Notes under the pieces: model-generated | Databases searched by the model: none | Seen by the model: only the letters and a program-made list of their open reading frames with translations | Told to the model about the DNA's origin: nothing | Source: Antedon mediterranea | Taxonomy: Eukaryota > Animalia > Echinodermata | NCBI RefSeq assembly: GCF_964355755.1 | Contig: NC_092671.1 | Coordinates: forward strand, 14,818,001-14,882,000 | DNA: 64,000 nucleotides | Direction of reading: 5' to 3' | In this document: positions 28,541-40,035 of the stretch, piece after piece | How the letters are laid out: every line of letters begins with the position of its first letter | Numbering within the stretch: position 1 is the stretch's first letter | Position numbers and translations under genes: made by a program

Positions 28541-30139
28541 TTTTTGTTGAGTTTACTACTTTTAACAAGTACATGAGCTTTAACTATATATTACTCAACT
28601 GTAATGGATAAAAATGAAGAAGAAAAAAAAAATTTAAGACATAAATTTATTAATGGAAATATCAAGTAGACCGATTGAATTCCGAAAAGAAACCAAAAAT
28701 CATGCTGTTGAATTTATTTCAGTTAATTTTTCCTTTAGCAATAGGTCTACAGAGTACAGTATAAAAATGTGAGAACGCGTCTTTCATATCGTGTTCAGAT
28801 AAAGTTTATAAAGATGTAGAGGGCGGCAGACAAAATGTTAAAAAAAAGTACGAACGTTCGTGGTTGTTCAGCCGTGAATCGGTCGGCGGCGGACGGTTTT
28901 TTTTATATGCGGCACCAACTCACAATAGTTACTAATAATAATAATAATAAACAGTATTTATATAGTGCCTAGTGGATCACTGACCCCTCAATTTGTTTAA
29001 TAATACTGTAACAATCGAATTGTATTGTAAAATTTGTATTGCAAAAGTGAAGGTAAAATTAGTTCTTTGCTCTATGGTCTGATTTGAAGATAGAAGTTGA
29101 TATACAGATAAATACTCTGAAAAGTATCACGATTTAGGCGCGCCTCTGTTTAAATAGTTTGAACTATTTGTTGTAAAATTACATTACCGTATGTAAGTAC
29201 AATAATGTGGATACACACACACTGAATACTAGAGACGTACTTTATACACAAAACGTTGAATAGAAAACGGAACCCGCTTGCAATCACTTCAATCATTTTG
29301 GTTATTTGAGTTGCAGCCAACCAGGATAAAACGTTTATGGGGAATTCCGATTTCCAAGGATACATGTATACGAATTTCCGCTTGACAACAGTATTCTATT
29401 TATACTGAATATTGCATACCAGTATACCAGTACTCGCCGATTTAATGCTACAGTACTGTATATGTATATTGTATTACGTATTTGATTACGGGACGTATTT
29501 TCATATCGCTCTCTTTTCTTTAGTTAGATATATTTAATTCAGTGGTAGCAAATATAATTTACCTATTTTAGCTATTGATTTTTAAAATTAAGTTTTGTAT
29601 ATCATGGAAAAATGTATGAAAAGTGCTCTTTTGTTTTGAGCAGTTTTCCACAGACGCATCATTACCAAACGGTAACTGACTTGACTTTTGACCAATCAGA
29701 GGAAACAATTTGTAACCATGGCGACTGTACAGGCAAATTTAACATTAATTGCAGCCTTAATGTATTAAAGCAGATATTCGAATACAAGTGCGTAGTTATT
29801 AAACACATTGTAATGAAATAAAAACATATTGGTATAGATTTATATTTGTTTACATTTAAGCATGTAGCATACGGTAATTCAATTAGCATATTATAGAGGG
29901 CGGCAGATGAACTTTTTAACTTTATCAAGAGTAGTACACGCAGTAGATATTATCTTGTCTCAATATATTATTAGTTAAAAACTTGCATAACAATGTTAGG
30001 GCTATTTTCGTATTGTTTAATAATGAATTTTTGCTTTCATACTTTTAAGTGCAGGATGTTCTGACAAATTATTGGCCAATTTAATTTATTGTTTGTATAG
30101 CGCGACCTCTTTTGTTGCGTTGTGAGTTGTAGAAATTCG

Positions 30140-30288
30140 AATCAGAGGCATGTTCAGACGTGACTGGTTTTGTCGAAGAATGTATTCTTTGGATTGAGCC
30201 GAGTATTCGTTGGGTTTACCTACCAAAAACGACGTTTTTATCCTGATTGTTAACTTCTACAGTTAAACTAGGATGTTGTGAAATAAAG
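30140..30288 (+). other. MDM2: Probable non-coding exon 1 of MDM2
   Basis: Strong donor AAG|GTGAGT at 30289 in a CpG-rich region. The next acceptor before the ATG is TTTTCAG at 32514. The start coordinate is approximate. Confidence 0.55.
30146..30165 (+). promoter_or_regulatory. Second, imperfect p53-family response element
   Basis: AGGCATGTTC (perfect half-site) plus AGACGTGACT (2 mismatches), zero spacer, near the predicted MDM2 TSS. Confidence 0.4.
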
Positions 30289-30433
30289 GTGAGTTTATAC
30301 TATAGCAGTATAGACTAATAATAATATAGGTTTTATATCAGCCGTGTAATAAGCCCACACACAGACACAGGGGCTGGAAGTTTAGTTGTAAGGAGGATGA
30401 TACGCCTGATTGAGTTTCACCTTTGTCTACTAT

Positions 30434-30453
30434 AGACTAGCCTAGGCTTGTCT
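30434..30453 (+). promoter_or_regulatory. p53-family response element, perfect, zero spacer
   Basis: AGACTAGCCT AGGCTTGTCT: both decamers match RRRCWWGYYY. It lies 145 bp into predicted MDM2 intron 1. Confidence 0.65.
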
Positions 30454-30757
30454 ACCGTGAGTTATGCTTGATTGAGGGAAGTGTTTTGTATTCATTTCCT
30501 CACAAACCGTAGGAGACATAGGCTTAAATTATATTTATGCATGGAGAACAGCTAATAAAAAGGTAGGAAATCTAGGCATGATAGGCCTGGGGCCTACTGG
30601 TACTGGCAAGGCCTAGCCTACCTCTAGGCCTCTAGCCTACTTTGTTATGTGTATTATATACTTATTTTATAGACCATCATATGGCAAGAACTGTATTATT
30701 ATTAATAATAATTATTAATGTTATGATTTTCCTCAAGTTTCCAAATGAAAGAAAAAT

Positions 30758-32445
30758 GGCGCTAGTTCCGTTTCGCACCTGTCATTTATTTCGACTCAAA
30801 ATGTGTTAAGAAACGTTATCGTGAGTACCACACCTTAGAATTAGGCCTCAAAAATACTTTTACGAAGGAGATCACACAAAAAGTGACAAATAAATGCTTT
30901 AAATTGATGAATTTACAGACGTGTTTCTCGCACATCGGTTTGTCAATTTCGCATACGCCATGTTCAATGTTGTGGTTTCTATGGAGCGCCAAAAGAGCAA
31001 TTATAATACGCCGTGGTTAGGATTCCGGCACCGGAACTCAACTGCCCACCGTTAGGGAATCCGACACGCTATTGCGCATGCTCAGAGCTCTGGGAAGTGA
31101 ATAATTATAGCTTGTGCCACACTGCACACCACACTACCACTGCTGAGGGCTGAGAGTCGGAGTGTTAGGATTTACTGAGCCTAGTTAGTCGTTGCGCGAG
31201 CGAGAGAGCGATGGTTTAAACTTGGCCTAGGCCATACATGAATTAATAATTAAAATACAAATACGCCAGGCGCCACGCGTTAAAATAATTATTATGATAT
31301 TAATAAGAATCGGTATATCTATCTACCGTAAGAATCGTAATGCTGTATTTAGCGTTGCGACCCCGACTTCCCGAACAGTTTTTTCACATCCACGCGGTGG
31401 CTGCCGTCAATAAATTAACTTGTGATTGCATGTTATGTACAGTTATAATGCGTTATATGAAATCTTTTATTTTGTACTTGAAAAATCATAAAACTAGTCA
31501 ACTCATGTAATTATATAATTCATAATTAGGCCCTATATGAAGTTTATATATGAATGAAGCAACCACTTTTTAATTACAAAATAAATAGGCCCACTGGTCA
31601 CGTCTAGCTGGTAGGCCTAGCCTAGTATTTACTATTAGTGGATCCCGTTATTAGTAGGCATCTACGCTAGTTCGCCGCGTGGCGGAGCTATGAAATGATC
31701 CATCGCTGTTGAGTCACCGATTACCGGCGCTCTGGGCATGCGCAATAGCGTGTCGGATTCCCTAACGGTTGGCAGTTGAGTTCCGGTGCCGGAATCCTAA
31801 CCACGGCGATTATAATAGAGGGCTAAAAACTCAATATAATGCGTATATTTAATGCATTTATTGGTGAAAATTACGTTCAATTTTAATATATTTTGCCAAT
31901 GTCAATGCAACAAAAATGTTACTGTTGATACCCTACATGGTTTTCGCAGTTTTCGTTAACTTTTAAGAATAAAAATTGACAAATTCATCATCCATATACA
32001 TGCATGTACTGTAGTTTTTATACCTCAAATGATCTAAATATTCCTCTTAGTCTTAGGCCTAGGCTAGGTAGTGATGCTGATTTAGGCCTAGGGTTTTGTT
32101 GCATTGACATTGACATTGAAATATATTAAAATTGAACGTAATTTTCACCAATAAATGCATTAAATATACGCATTATATTGAGTTTTTAGCCCTCTATTAT
32201 GATTGCTCTTTTGGCGCTCCATAGAAACAACAACATTGAACATGGCGTATGCAAAATTGACGAACCGATGTGCAAGAAACGCGTCTGTAAATTCATCAAT
32301 TTAAAGCATTTATTTGTCACTTTTTGTGTGATCTCCTTCGTAAAAGTATTTTTGAGGCCTAATTCTAAGGTGTGGTACTCACGATAAAGTTTCTTAACAC
32401 ATTTTGAGTCGAAATAAATGACAGGTGCGAAACGGAACTAGCGCC
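30758..32445. mobile_element. Non-autonomous foldback DNA transposon with ~350-bp TIRs and 8-bp TSD (Mutator- or Merlin-like)
   Basis: Termini GGCGCTAGTTCCGTTTCGCACC / GGTGCGAAACGGAACTAGCGCC. Left arm 30758-31008 plus 31818-31915; right arm ~32095-32445. AGAAAAAT duplicated at 30750-30757 and 32446-32453. Confidence 0.9.
31009..31808. mobile_element. 800-bp non-autonomous TIR element (MULE-like, 9-bp TSD) nested in the left TIR of the outer element
   Basis: ~80-bp TIRs CGCCGTGGTTAGGATTCCGGCACCGGAACTC...; ATTATAATA duplicated at 31000-31008 and 31809-31817. The opposite arm of the outer element shows the uninterrupted site. Confidence 0.92.
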
Positions 32446-32524
32446 AGAAAAATTGTCATATTTGACTGTTCGCAGTTTCCATCCGCACTACTACATTTTA
32501 TTTGATCTTTTCAGTTTTAATAAC

Positions 32525-35500
32525 ATGGGAAGAAAACATCGACACTCTTCATCGAGTCCACCCAGTGAGTCACAACATGAAGGAACAACGATTATTAAGG
32601 CTACGTTTTTGGGCAAAGAACTCAAGCCGGAGCATAAATTGCCAAAAGAGAAAATTGTAGTATGTAGATTTGTATTCTTTATCTTTTTTTCCTTTAAAAT
32701 TTTGTTTGTGGTAAGAAAATGGTAAGTGCAGAATTTCTGAAATGGAGATGTCAGGTGCAATAATAAAAAGTCTGAAGGTGCATCTTGACTCCAGCAACAG
32801 GAATCCAACCTAACCCTAAAAGGAAACTCAAATTGGCTATGTCTAGGTTGGTGCTATAATAAATAAATGCTATAATAATATGATACTCTAAAATTAATTC
32901 TGCTTTTTCGAAAATTTATTTTACAGGTAAAACCCAAGCCATCTTTCTTAAATCTTCTTTCCAATGTTGGTGCAAAGGGGACAGTATTCACATCTCAACA
33001 GGTTAGTAAGAAATGCTGTGTTTATTTAAAAAAAATTATAAAATAGTTTTATCCATCCTGTAATTGGCAAGTTCCTTTGCTATACGATGCATATATAATA
33101 AAGATACTGTAATAGATGATGCATTTTGACGTCCATAGTAATTGTTATTTTTATAGATTCTTCAGTTTTTGATCAAGTACATTGAAGGATCGCAGCTTTT
33201 TGATCCATTGGACCCAAGAAAAGTTTATTGTGAATATGATGAATTGGGAAGAGTTTTTGGCGTTAAGATGTTTACAATCAAAGATGCAAGGTATTATAAT
33301 CAGTGTGTTACTGATTAAAGTTGCTATCATTTTTAGTAACAGTGATACCAATGGTGTTTGTAGTTTGTGGTAAAGACTTTTTATTGTGAGGTGTTCTATT
33401 GAATTTAACATGTTTTCTTATAAATGTAGTAAAATTGTGGTCTGTTGTTCTTACAGAAAATTGATATTTGCTAATGTAGATGTTGTCCCCACTCAGACTG
33501 AGAAGAACAAAGGTAAAACTGCTATACTGCTGCAGCTTATTCTGTAGTAAAAGAACAAACAAAATAACTACACTAACTAACCAACACTCTTTGTCCAATA
33601 CTATTGTTCAGCCACACTGAAATCTGTATTCTGTTTAAAAAAGTTGTTTACCGGATATTATCAATTGTTTGATTCATTTTATCAGGGGATTCTCAACCAG
33701 GAGGGTCGCAGCAGCAATACTATTACACATTACAGCATAGTCACTGGGTAAGTAAACATGTTTTAATACGTAGTAACATTTATCTTTGTCCCACTTTTAT
33801 TACAATACTCTGTCTTAACTATATAAAAGATATATGTTGCAATAGAAATTGTATTTATTATATATAATTAACTTGCACTGATGAAGGGCTAGTGTTGCCC
33901 GAAAGCTCTGCTAACTTTTCTGGCTGTTTACTTTATCATTTTGATTTAGCTTTTCACTTTTTATTTTTGTATCTCCATTGAGATCCAGCCACTGATACCC
34001 ACAGCATTGTCATTTTTTTTCAGTAATTTGCCTTTGGATTTATATATAATTAATATATTATTTAATCAATACTGAACTTAATTTTTAGATATTTTTGAAG
34101 TGCACTGCCTGCTCTTTAAACTAGGTCTAATACACTACTTTGTGTCAGACAAATAATCATGTTAGTTACATAACTAATATGTTTTTAATAAAACAATTTA
34201 CATTTATCAAACTTTCAGGTGACTTCAGGCAATACATCAGTAAGCAATGCTCCTTGTTCTACTTCAATATCAGTGGCTACTGATGAATGTGATACTCCTC
34301 TTAAAATAGGTACATTTACAAATCTCATTCATGCCATAGTTTGCACTTTGATTAAAGCTCTGTCTACACTCTCTGATTTTAGAAAAAAAGTGTGATGTAC
34401 CCAAATATGGTAGTAATATGCTCAGATATCGTAGTGATACTGATATGATACCACTATGGGCACATCAAATTTTGTCGCATTAAGTTTGATAGTGTAGATG
34501 TAGGCTAAGATTGTGCACAATAAGATTAAATATTTTCAGAAAGAAATTGTGAATGATTTTTCACATCTACATTTTAGATAAGAAGTTTTTTTATTTCAAC
34601 AGTGCAATCTATGCCACACACATCGCGAAAAAGGTCTCATTCAAACTCAACGGGCAGTAGGTGTTCCAAAAAACGCTCAACGCGTAGTGTGTCAGCCAGT
34701 GAAAAAGATGAAGCAGAAGGAGTGATTCCATGGTATGCTATGAAGTATCCATTTGATGATCAGACTTCAATGAGCACAGATCAACATAGTATTCATGTAA
34801 GATTTTTTTTTTTTTAAATATTTATTTCATATGCATCCAACAGTGAGCAACCTGCCAATTACAGAATGGATAAACTGTTTATACTTTATTGTGTTTATAA
34901 AGTTTCATTTTTGAGACTTAGTAAGTTGAATTGAAAGAGTCGTGAGTTACAACTCTGGCCCTAAGTCAGGATTGGACATTGTTGTTGGAAGGCAAGCACG
35001 TTAACAGGCAGACAATCTCCACTATGATATTTCTTTTCATATTCAGTGTCATTTGTGTAATAGATAGGGAGAATTATTTATAAGAAACAGTACCAAAAGC
35101 AATGGAAAACAAATTGAAATTAGTATAGTTGAGGAAGTTATCAGAATGAATATGTGTGTTTGTAAGAATGGTCAAATACTGACCATAGTAAATTTGACAA
35201 ACTTGGATATTATTCACATGCTATTACTCCAATCACTGGACAACAGTTTTTAAACCAAATTATAAATTTAACCTTCATGGATGATGAAAACAATTGAAGT
35301 TCAGAATAATCACGAAAATAATAATTTATTGTTGTTGATATATTAATATTATTTTATTTATCAGGATAAAGCTACTGCGATTATTACAAATTCATCTGAT
35401 GATCTTTGGTTTCTTGAGGAAGATCAACTTGAGTTTGAAATTGAATCTGAAACTTCTAGTGAAAGCTACAGAAGCGTTACTAGTTCAAGTGATAGTGACA

Positions 35501-37317
35501 GTGCCATCACAGAGGTAAGACAAAGTGTTAAGCTCTGTCTACACTATCAAACTTTATGTGACAAAAAATGTGATGTGCCCATATATATGGATATGATGAT
35601 GTCATATCACTACCATATTTGGACATATTACTACCATATTTGGGTAGTTTGGTAGTGTAGACAAAGCTTTAGAGAGCTACATGTATTTTTTATTTTATTT
35701 CTTTAAAACAATTTTTATTTTGTATTGCATTGCAACACAAATGTATCAATGAGTAGCAATAGTTTTTTTTCTTACTATTTTGGTATGCTATTGTATGTTC
35801 CCTGATACTCCGTGACTGTTCCTCCAAAGTTCAATCTCACAAAACACTTGTTTGTGTTTTGTTATTATTGGATGTTAAACTGGGAATGCTCGAAGCTCTA
35901 AACATTCTATGTCACCATGCAGTATAAAAACCTTCAAAGATTGTACAGTATTATTTTTGATATTGATAAATGGGGAACTTTCATATTTTAAATAATTTTA
36001 CCTACAGGCAATATTTGAAGTGGAAGTTCGAGGCGATGAGTCAATTTTAGGAGATGTGGACAGTGATTCAGATAGCATTGACACAGAGATATCTGAGAGG
36101 GTATGTTATTAACCCTGTCTTAAATTACAGAATTTATCATAATCATTAAAAGACAATAATTTTTGTGTTTATTTAATTAAGTAACAAAATATTCAATTAC
36201 TCGGAAATAATTGCTAAAAATTTAAATTTTTAATTGCTTTACATAAGTTAATAAATATGTTATTTATCATTGTCTGAATTCCTTCTCAAAGTGATTTGAA
36301 TTTTAACAACTTGCTTCCATTAATGAATGTGCTGTGGCAATGTTGCAAATGGACAGTAACAAACAATTCTTGAATATTTGAATTAATATCTTTCTAGGAC
36401 AAGTGGGAGTGCAATGAATGTGATACCTTAAATCCTGCAATTCATGGTTATTGTATGGGATGTTGGGCTTTACGTACAGGATGGTTAGCAGATGAAAAGA
36501 GGATGACATTAAAAGAACGGTTAATGTCACAAAGACAAAGTCTTAGAAGATCTCTTTCAGCACCAAGTAAGTTTCCATTTTTAAAAAAGCTTCACATGTC
36601 TGCATTTAAACAAATATCTGTAATATTTAAAATGTTATGAGATTTGTATAAAAAATTATTTACAGACATTAATTAGGTGTGTAAAATTTAAGCCATTTAA
36701 TTTTCTTTTCAGCTGATATGAGACAAAATCATGATGGGATTCTTAATAATCTGTTAGTGTCTCCTGATGTGTGTGATGGTTTTGGAAAAGGGCCAAGCTC
36801 AAGTAGTGAGGATGAAAAAACGTGTGTTGTCAAGAAGAAAGGAACAAATGAATTGATGACGAAATCAGATGATGAGAAATTGAAAACAAGTTTTAATCAG
36901 GAAGGTGAAGATGAAGCAGGAACCGGTGCCCGACCAAGGTCACCAGTAAGCTCATCAGATACAGTTATCATTGAAGAAGCGCCCAGTAGTAGATTCATTG
37001 GACAGTGGCCTACACCAGTGAGCATCGCAAGTAGTTCTTGTCTTCAGACTAATATTTCAGTAACTAGTGATGAAGGAAGAATAGCATCATCATCATCATG
37101 TCCTGTAAGTACCGACTTGACTGGGAATAAAAATAAAGGTCCGCATACTCTTTGTATGATTTGTTTAAGTCGAACTAAGAATGCGAGCATTATACATGGT
37201 AAAAGTGCCCATCAAGTAAGTTGTTATTCATGTGCAAAGAAACTAAGGCGACATGGTAAGCCTTGTCCTGTCTGCCGTCGTAAAATTCAGCACGTCGTTA
37301 AGAATTATTTTATTTAG
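32525..37317 (+). CDS. MDM2: MDM2/MDM4-family E3 ubiquitin ligase, 11 coding exons, ~587 aa
   Basis: Exons 32525-32659, 32927-33001, 33157-33290, 33457-33512, 33686-33747, 34219-34309, 34603-34796, 35365-35514, 36008-36100, 36398-36566, 36713-37317 (1764 nt, in frame). SWIB/p53-binding domain (VKPKPSFLNLLSNVGA...LFDPLDPRKVYCEYDELGRVFGV), acidic region (LEFEIESE), RanBP2 zinc finger (WECNECDTLNPAIHGYCMGCWALRTGWL) and C2H2C4 RING (CMIC...IIHGKSAHQVSCYSCAKKL...PCPVCR...NYFI*). Confidence 0.95.
33871..34045 (+). mobile_element. Penelope-like/retrozyme-like repeat with intact hammerhead core, copy 2, in an MDM2 intron
   Basis: TTGCA CTGATGA A GGGC TAGTGTT GCCC GAAA GCTC TGC at 33873-33911, followed by the shared ~135-bp tail. 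Confidence 0.75.
34356..34506. mobile_element. PIF/Harbinger-like MITE, copy 2 (MDM2 intron)
   Basis: Same family, diverged right end. Confidence 0.75.
35531..35668. mobile_element. PIF/Harbinger-like MITE, copy 3 (MDM2 intron, opposite orientation)
   Basis: TTA [AGCTCTGTCTACAC...GTGTAGACAAAGCT] TTA, a 3-bp TSD. Confidence 0.85.
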
Positions 37318-39749
37318 CAAATGTTATTGTAATTTTACCAGGTTTATTCATTTAGTAAGTTATGAATTTTAAATATTGGAATTTGAGCATATTACCGTCA
37401 CAGTCAAGGGTTCAAATCTTGTCTGGTAGATTTCTTTTTCTCTCCCTTGAGTTACTGTTGGTCCTGTGAATCGATTGACATGTGTGATTCAATTCACTAG
37501 TCTTGGCAATACATTACAATCCTGAAGAAGTAAAGACAATAAAATGTATTTACCAATTAATATCTAATAAAATGATGTATCATACAACGTTGTTTATTTT
37601 TCTAAATGACATCTTCATTAATACTGGCATATTAATGTATTCAATTGATAATTTTGCTCATTAAAATTCTTTTTATTTAATTTATTCTCAAGACAAAAAA
37701 AAGAAACAATTTTGTTTAGAGTGGCGATTGTTGTTTTGTGAATGGATTGGTGCCTACATTGGCAATCTTTGGCAATATTCATTAAAATGTGAATAATTGT
37801 ATTTTAATTTCCTTGTTTATTTTAATTATTTAGACGCATTTAATTAACTGAAAATAGTATAGTATTATTATATTAGTATTTGGAATTTGCCTTCAATAAA
37901 TTTGTCATCAATTTCCATCATAATATTTTTACCTCAAACTTATTTTAGTTCTTAACTTCTTTGTATTATATTTCCCCCTTTTTTTTAGCATAGATTAAAA
38001 CTAAATCTATTATTCTAGTGTATAATCCCTTTCTTATGCAAAGTCATAAGTAAGGCAGTGCCTTAATTAAAATATACAGTATAAGCTCTTTAGCTTTTTG
38101 TGCCGAAGAAACAATATGTGCAACTTTTTGTATGCAATTTGTCTGTTCCAGGTCTTGTTTAGTACTTAAATATTGTCTGCCAAATATAGAATTTTTATAT
38201 ATATGCATGTATTTTTGCATATATGCATGTATTTTTGTTTGCAAATTAACCTAAATAAAGACCAAGATGCTTCTATAATGGTGTTTGAAATAGATTAAAA
38301 TGAGTCTGGTGCACATTTAACCATTTACAGTATAAATTAAATTTATTGGCAGCTGAACTGTATACAAGCAATTGAAATACAAAAGTTAAATGTTTTCAAA
38401 TAAAAGCAATTTGAAATGTATAAAGGTTGATGACATATACTAGAGTGTGAGACAATTAAGACTGTCCACTATGGCCCTGATTAAGTTGTGATTGGGTTAA
38501 CACTCTACTTGTTGTAATATCTCTGATTGTTTTATAAATAATGGAAGGCAGAATTCCAAGGGGAGGGGGGGGGGGGTTGTGATATGTTTAGCAGGTGGTG
38601 TACATGCATGATTAGCAATATACAAGTTTTAGAATTGACAATACTTTTTTCATACTGTGAGAAGTGCTATAGAAAATTTAAAAAAAAGAGGTTTTTATAT
38701 TGCAATGAACAGAATATTTTCAGCAAATATTAATCAACATTTATGAATTATATGTAATTAAGTTTTTTATTATTTTCTGTGATTGTTTTAATAACCAGTT
38801 TATTATTTATTCCTCTATAATCAAATATTTTCATCCACACTTTAAAGGCAGGCATGTTACAATATAAAGAACTGCTCTATAAATGTTTAAAGATTCAACC
38901 AATCAGAGCACAGAGATTCAGTAAAAATTGCAGACAATAACTCTAAGTAAAATCATGGAGTATAAAAGTAGGCGCATGTTCACTCATAGGTTATTTTATT
39001 ATAAACTATTTAGATTATTGAGTTTTTGATGGAAATTTTTATGTGAGGTGATCAGACTAGACTACAAAAATAACAGCAGTCTTATTACTGTCTTAATTGG
39101 TAGAAGAAGGTATGTTTATAAAGCTAGGCCCTAGGCTAGGCCCATCAAATTGATCTGTATACAGTACTGTATTGTGGGCCCTGCTAGGCCTAGGCCTTAG
39201 ACCTACTTTGGCTAGGCTATGTATGTCAACTTCATGACATACACCTACCTTGACTGGTATGTATGAACTGATTTAATATGCTAATGATTAATTGAATGGA
39301 GATCTTTATCTGTTAGTTATTATTAACAGTTTCACTTTCTGAAAAAAAATCCATACCTCGCATGCTTGTGACTTTACAATTTACATGAATGTTGTGTCTT
39401 AGACCTAGGCCCTACTCCTTTCAGTCTTGCAATGTTATTTTCATAGTTTATGTATATAAGTGTATAGGAACATTTAATTTATTGATTGTATTATTGATTA
39501 TCTATTCTGTGCATTATGGCTGTAAGCACTTAATTGTTGATTACAACAAATCTAGAAGTATTGTACATTTCAAGTAGACATTAGTGGTATATTTCAATAA
39601 TGCGGTTTAATAAGTTTATTAATAGATTTCAATGAAATACTGCATATTTCTACGAATTTGTGATGTTCAATTGTTTATTTTAAAGTTCATAAATAAAATA
39701 AATGGTTCCTCATTGAATGCAAGAACAATAGAAATTGTGTAAAACAATT

Positions 39750-40020
39750 ACTGTATAGAGTCCTCTTGTATAATTCCATCCCTCTAGAACATGAAATTAG
39801 GCCAACTTATACTCAAGGGAAACCCTGGTTCAGGAAAAAAATGATTGGTAAGCATTTCTTTTAGAATAAACTTGAAGTTGAACTGGCAAGAGATAGGCCA
39901 ACATCCAGATCAAAAGTCAAAATTGGGACTATACCTGGGGATATGCCTGTTTGTGAAATTAGGGAAAAAGTAGGGGTGGGATTAGACTTGAAGTGGGATT
40001 ATATCCAAGGATTTACAGTA
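39750..40020. mobile_element. Degenerate TA-flanked MITE
   Basis: TACTGTATAGAGTCCTCTTGTATAATTCCA ... TGGGATTATATCCAAGGATTTACAGTA imperfect inverted ends. Confidence 0.45.
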
Positions 40021-40035
40021 CGTCTGATATAACTA

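Noticed and set aside
32199-32387. 62-aa ORF upstream of MDM2
   Set aside because: It lies within the right TIR of the foldback element and has no transposase motifs.
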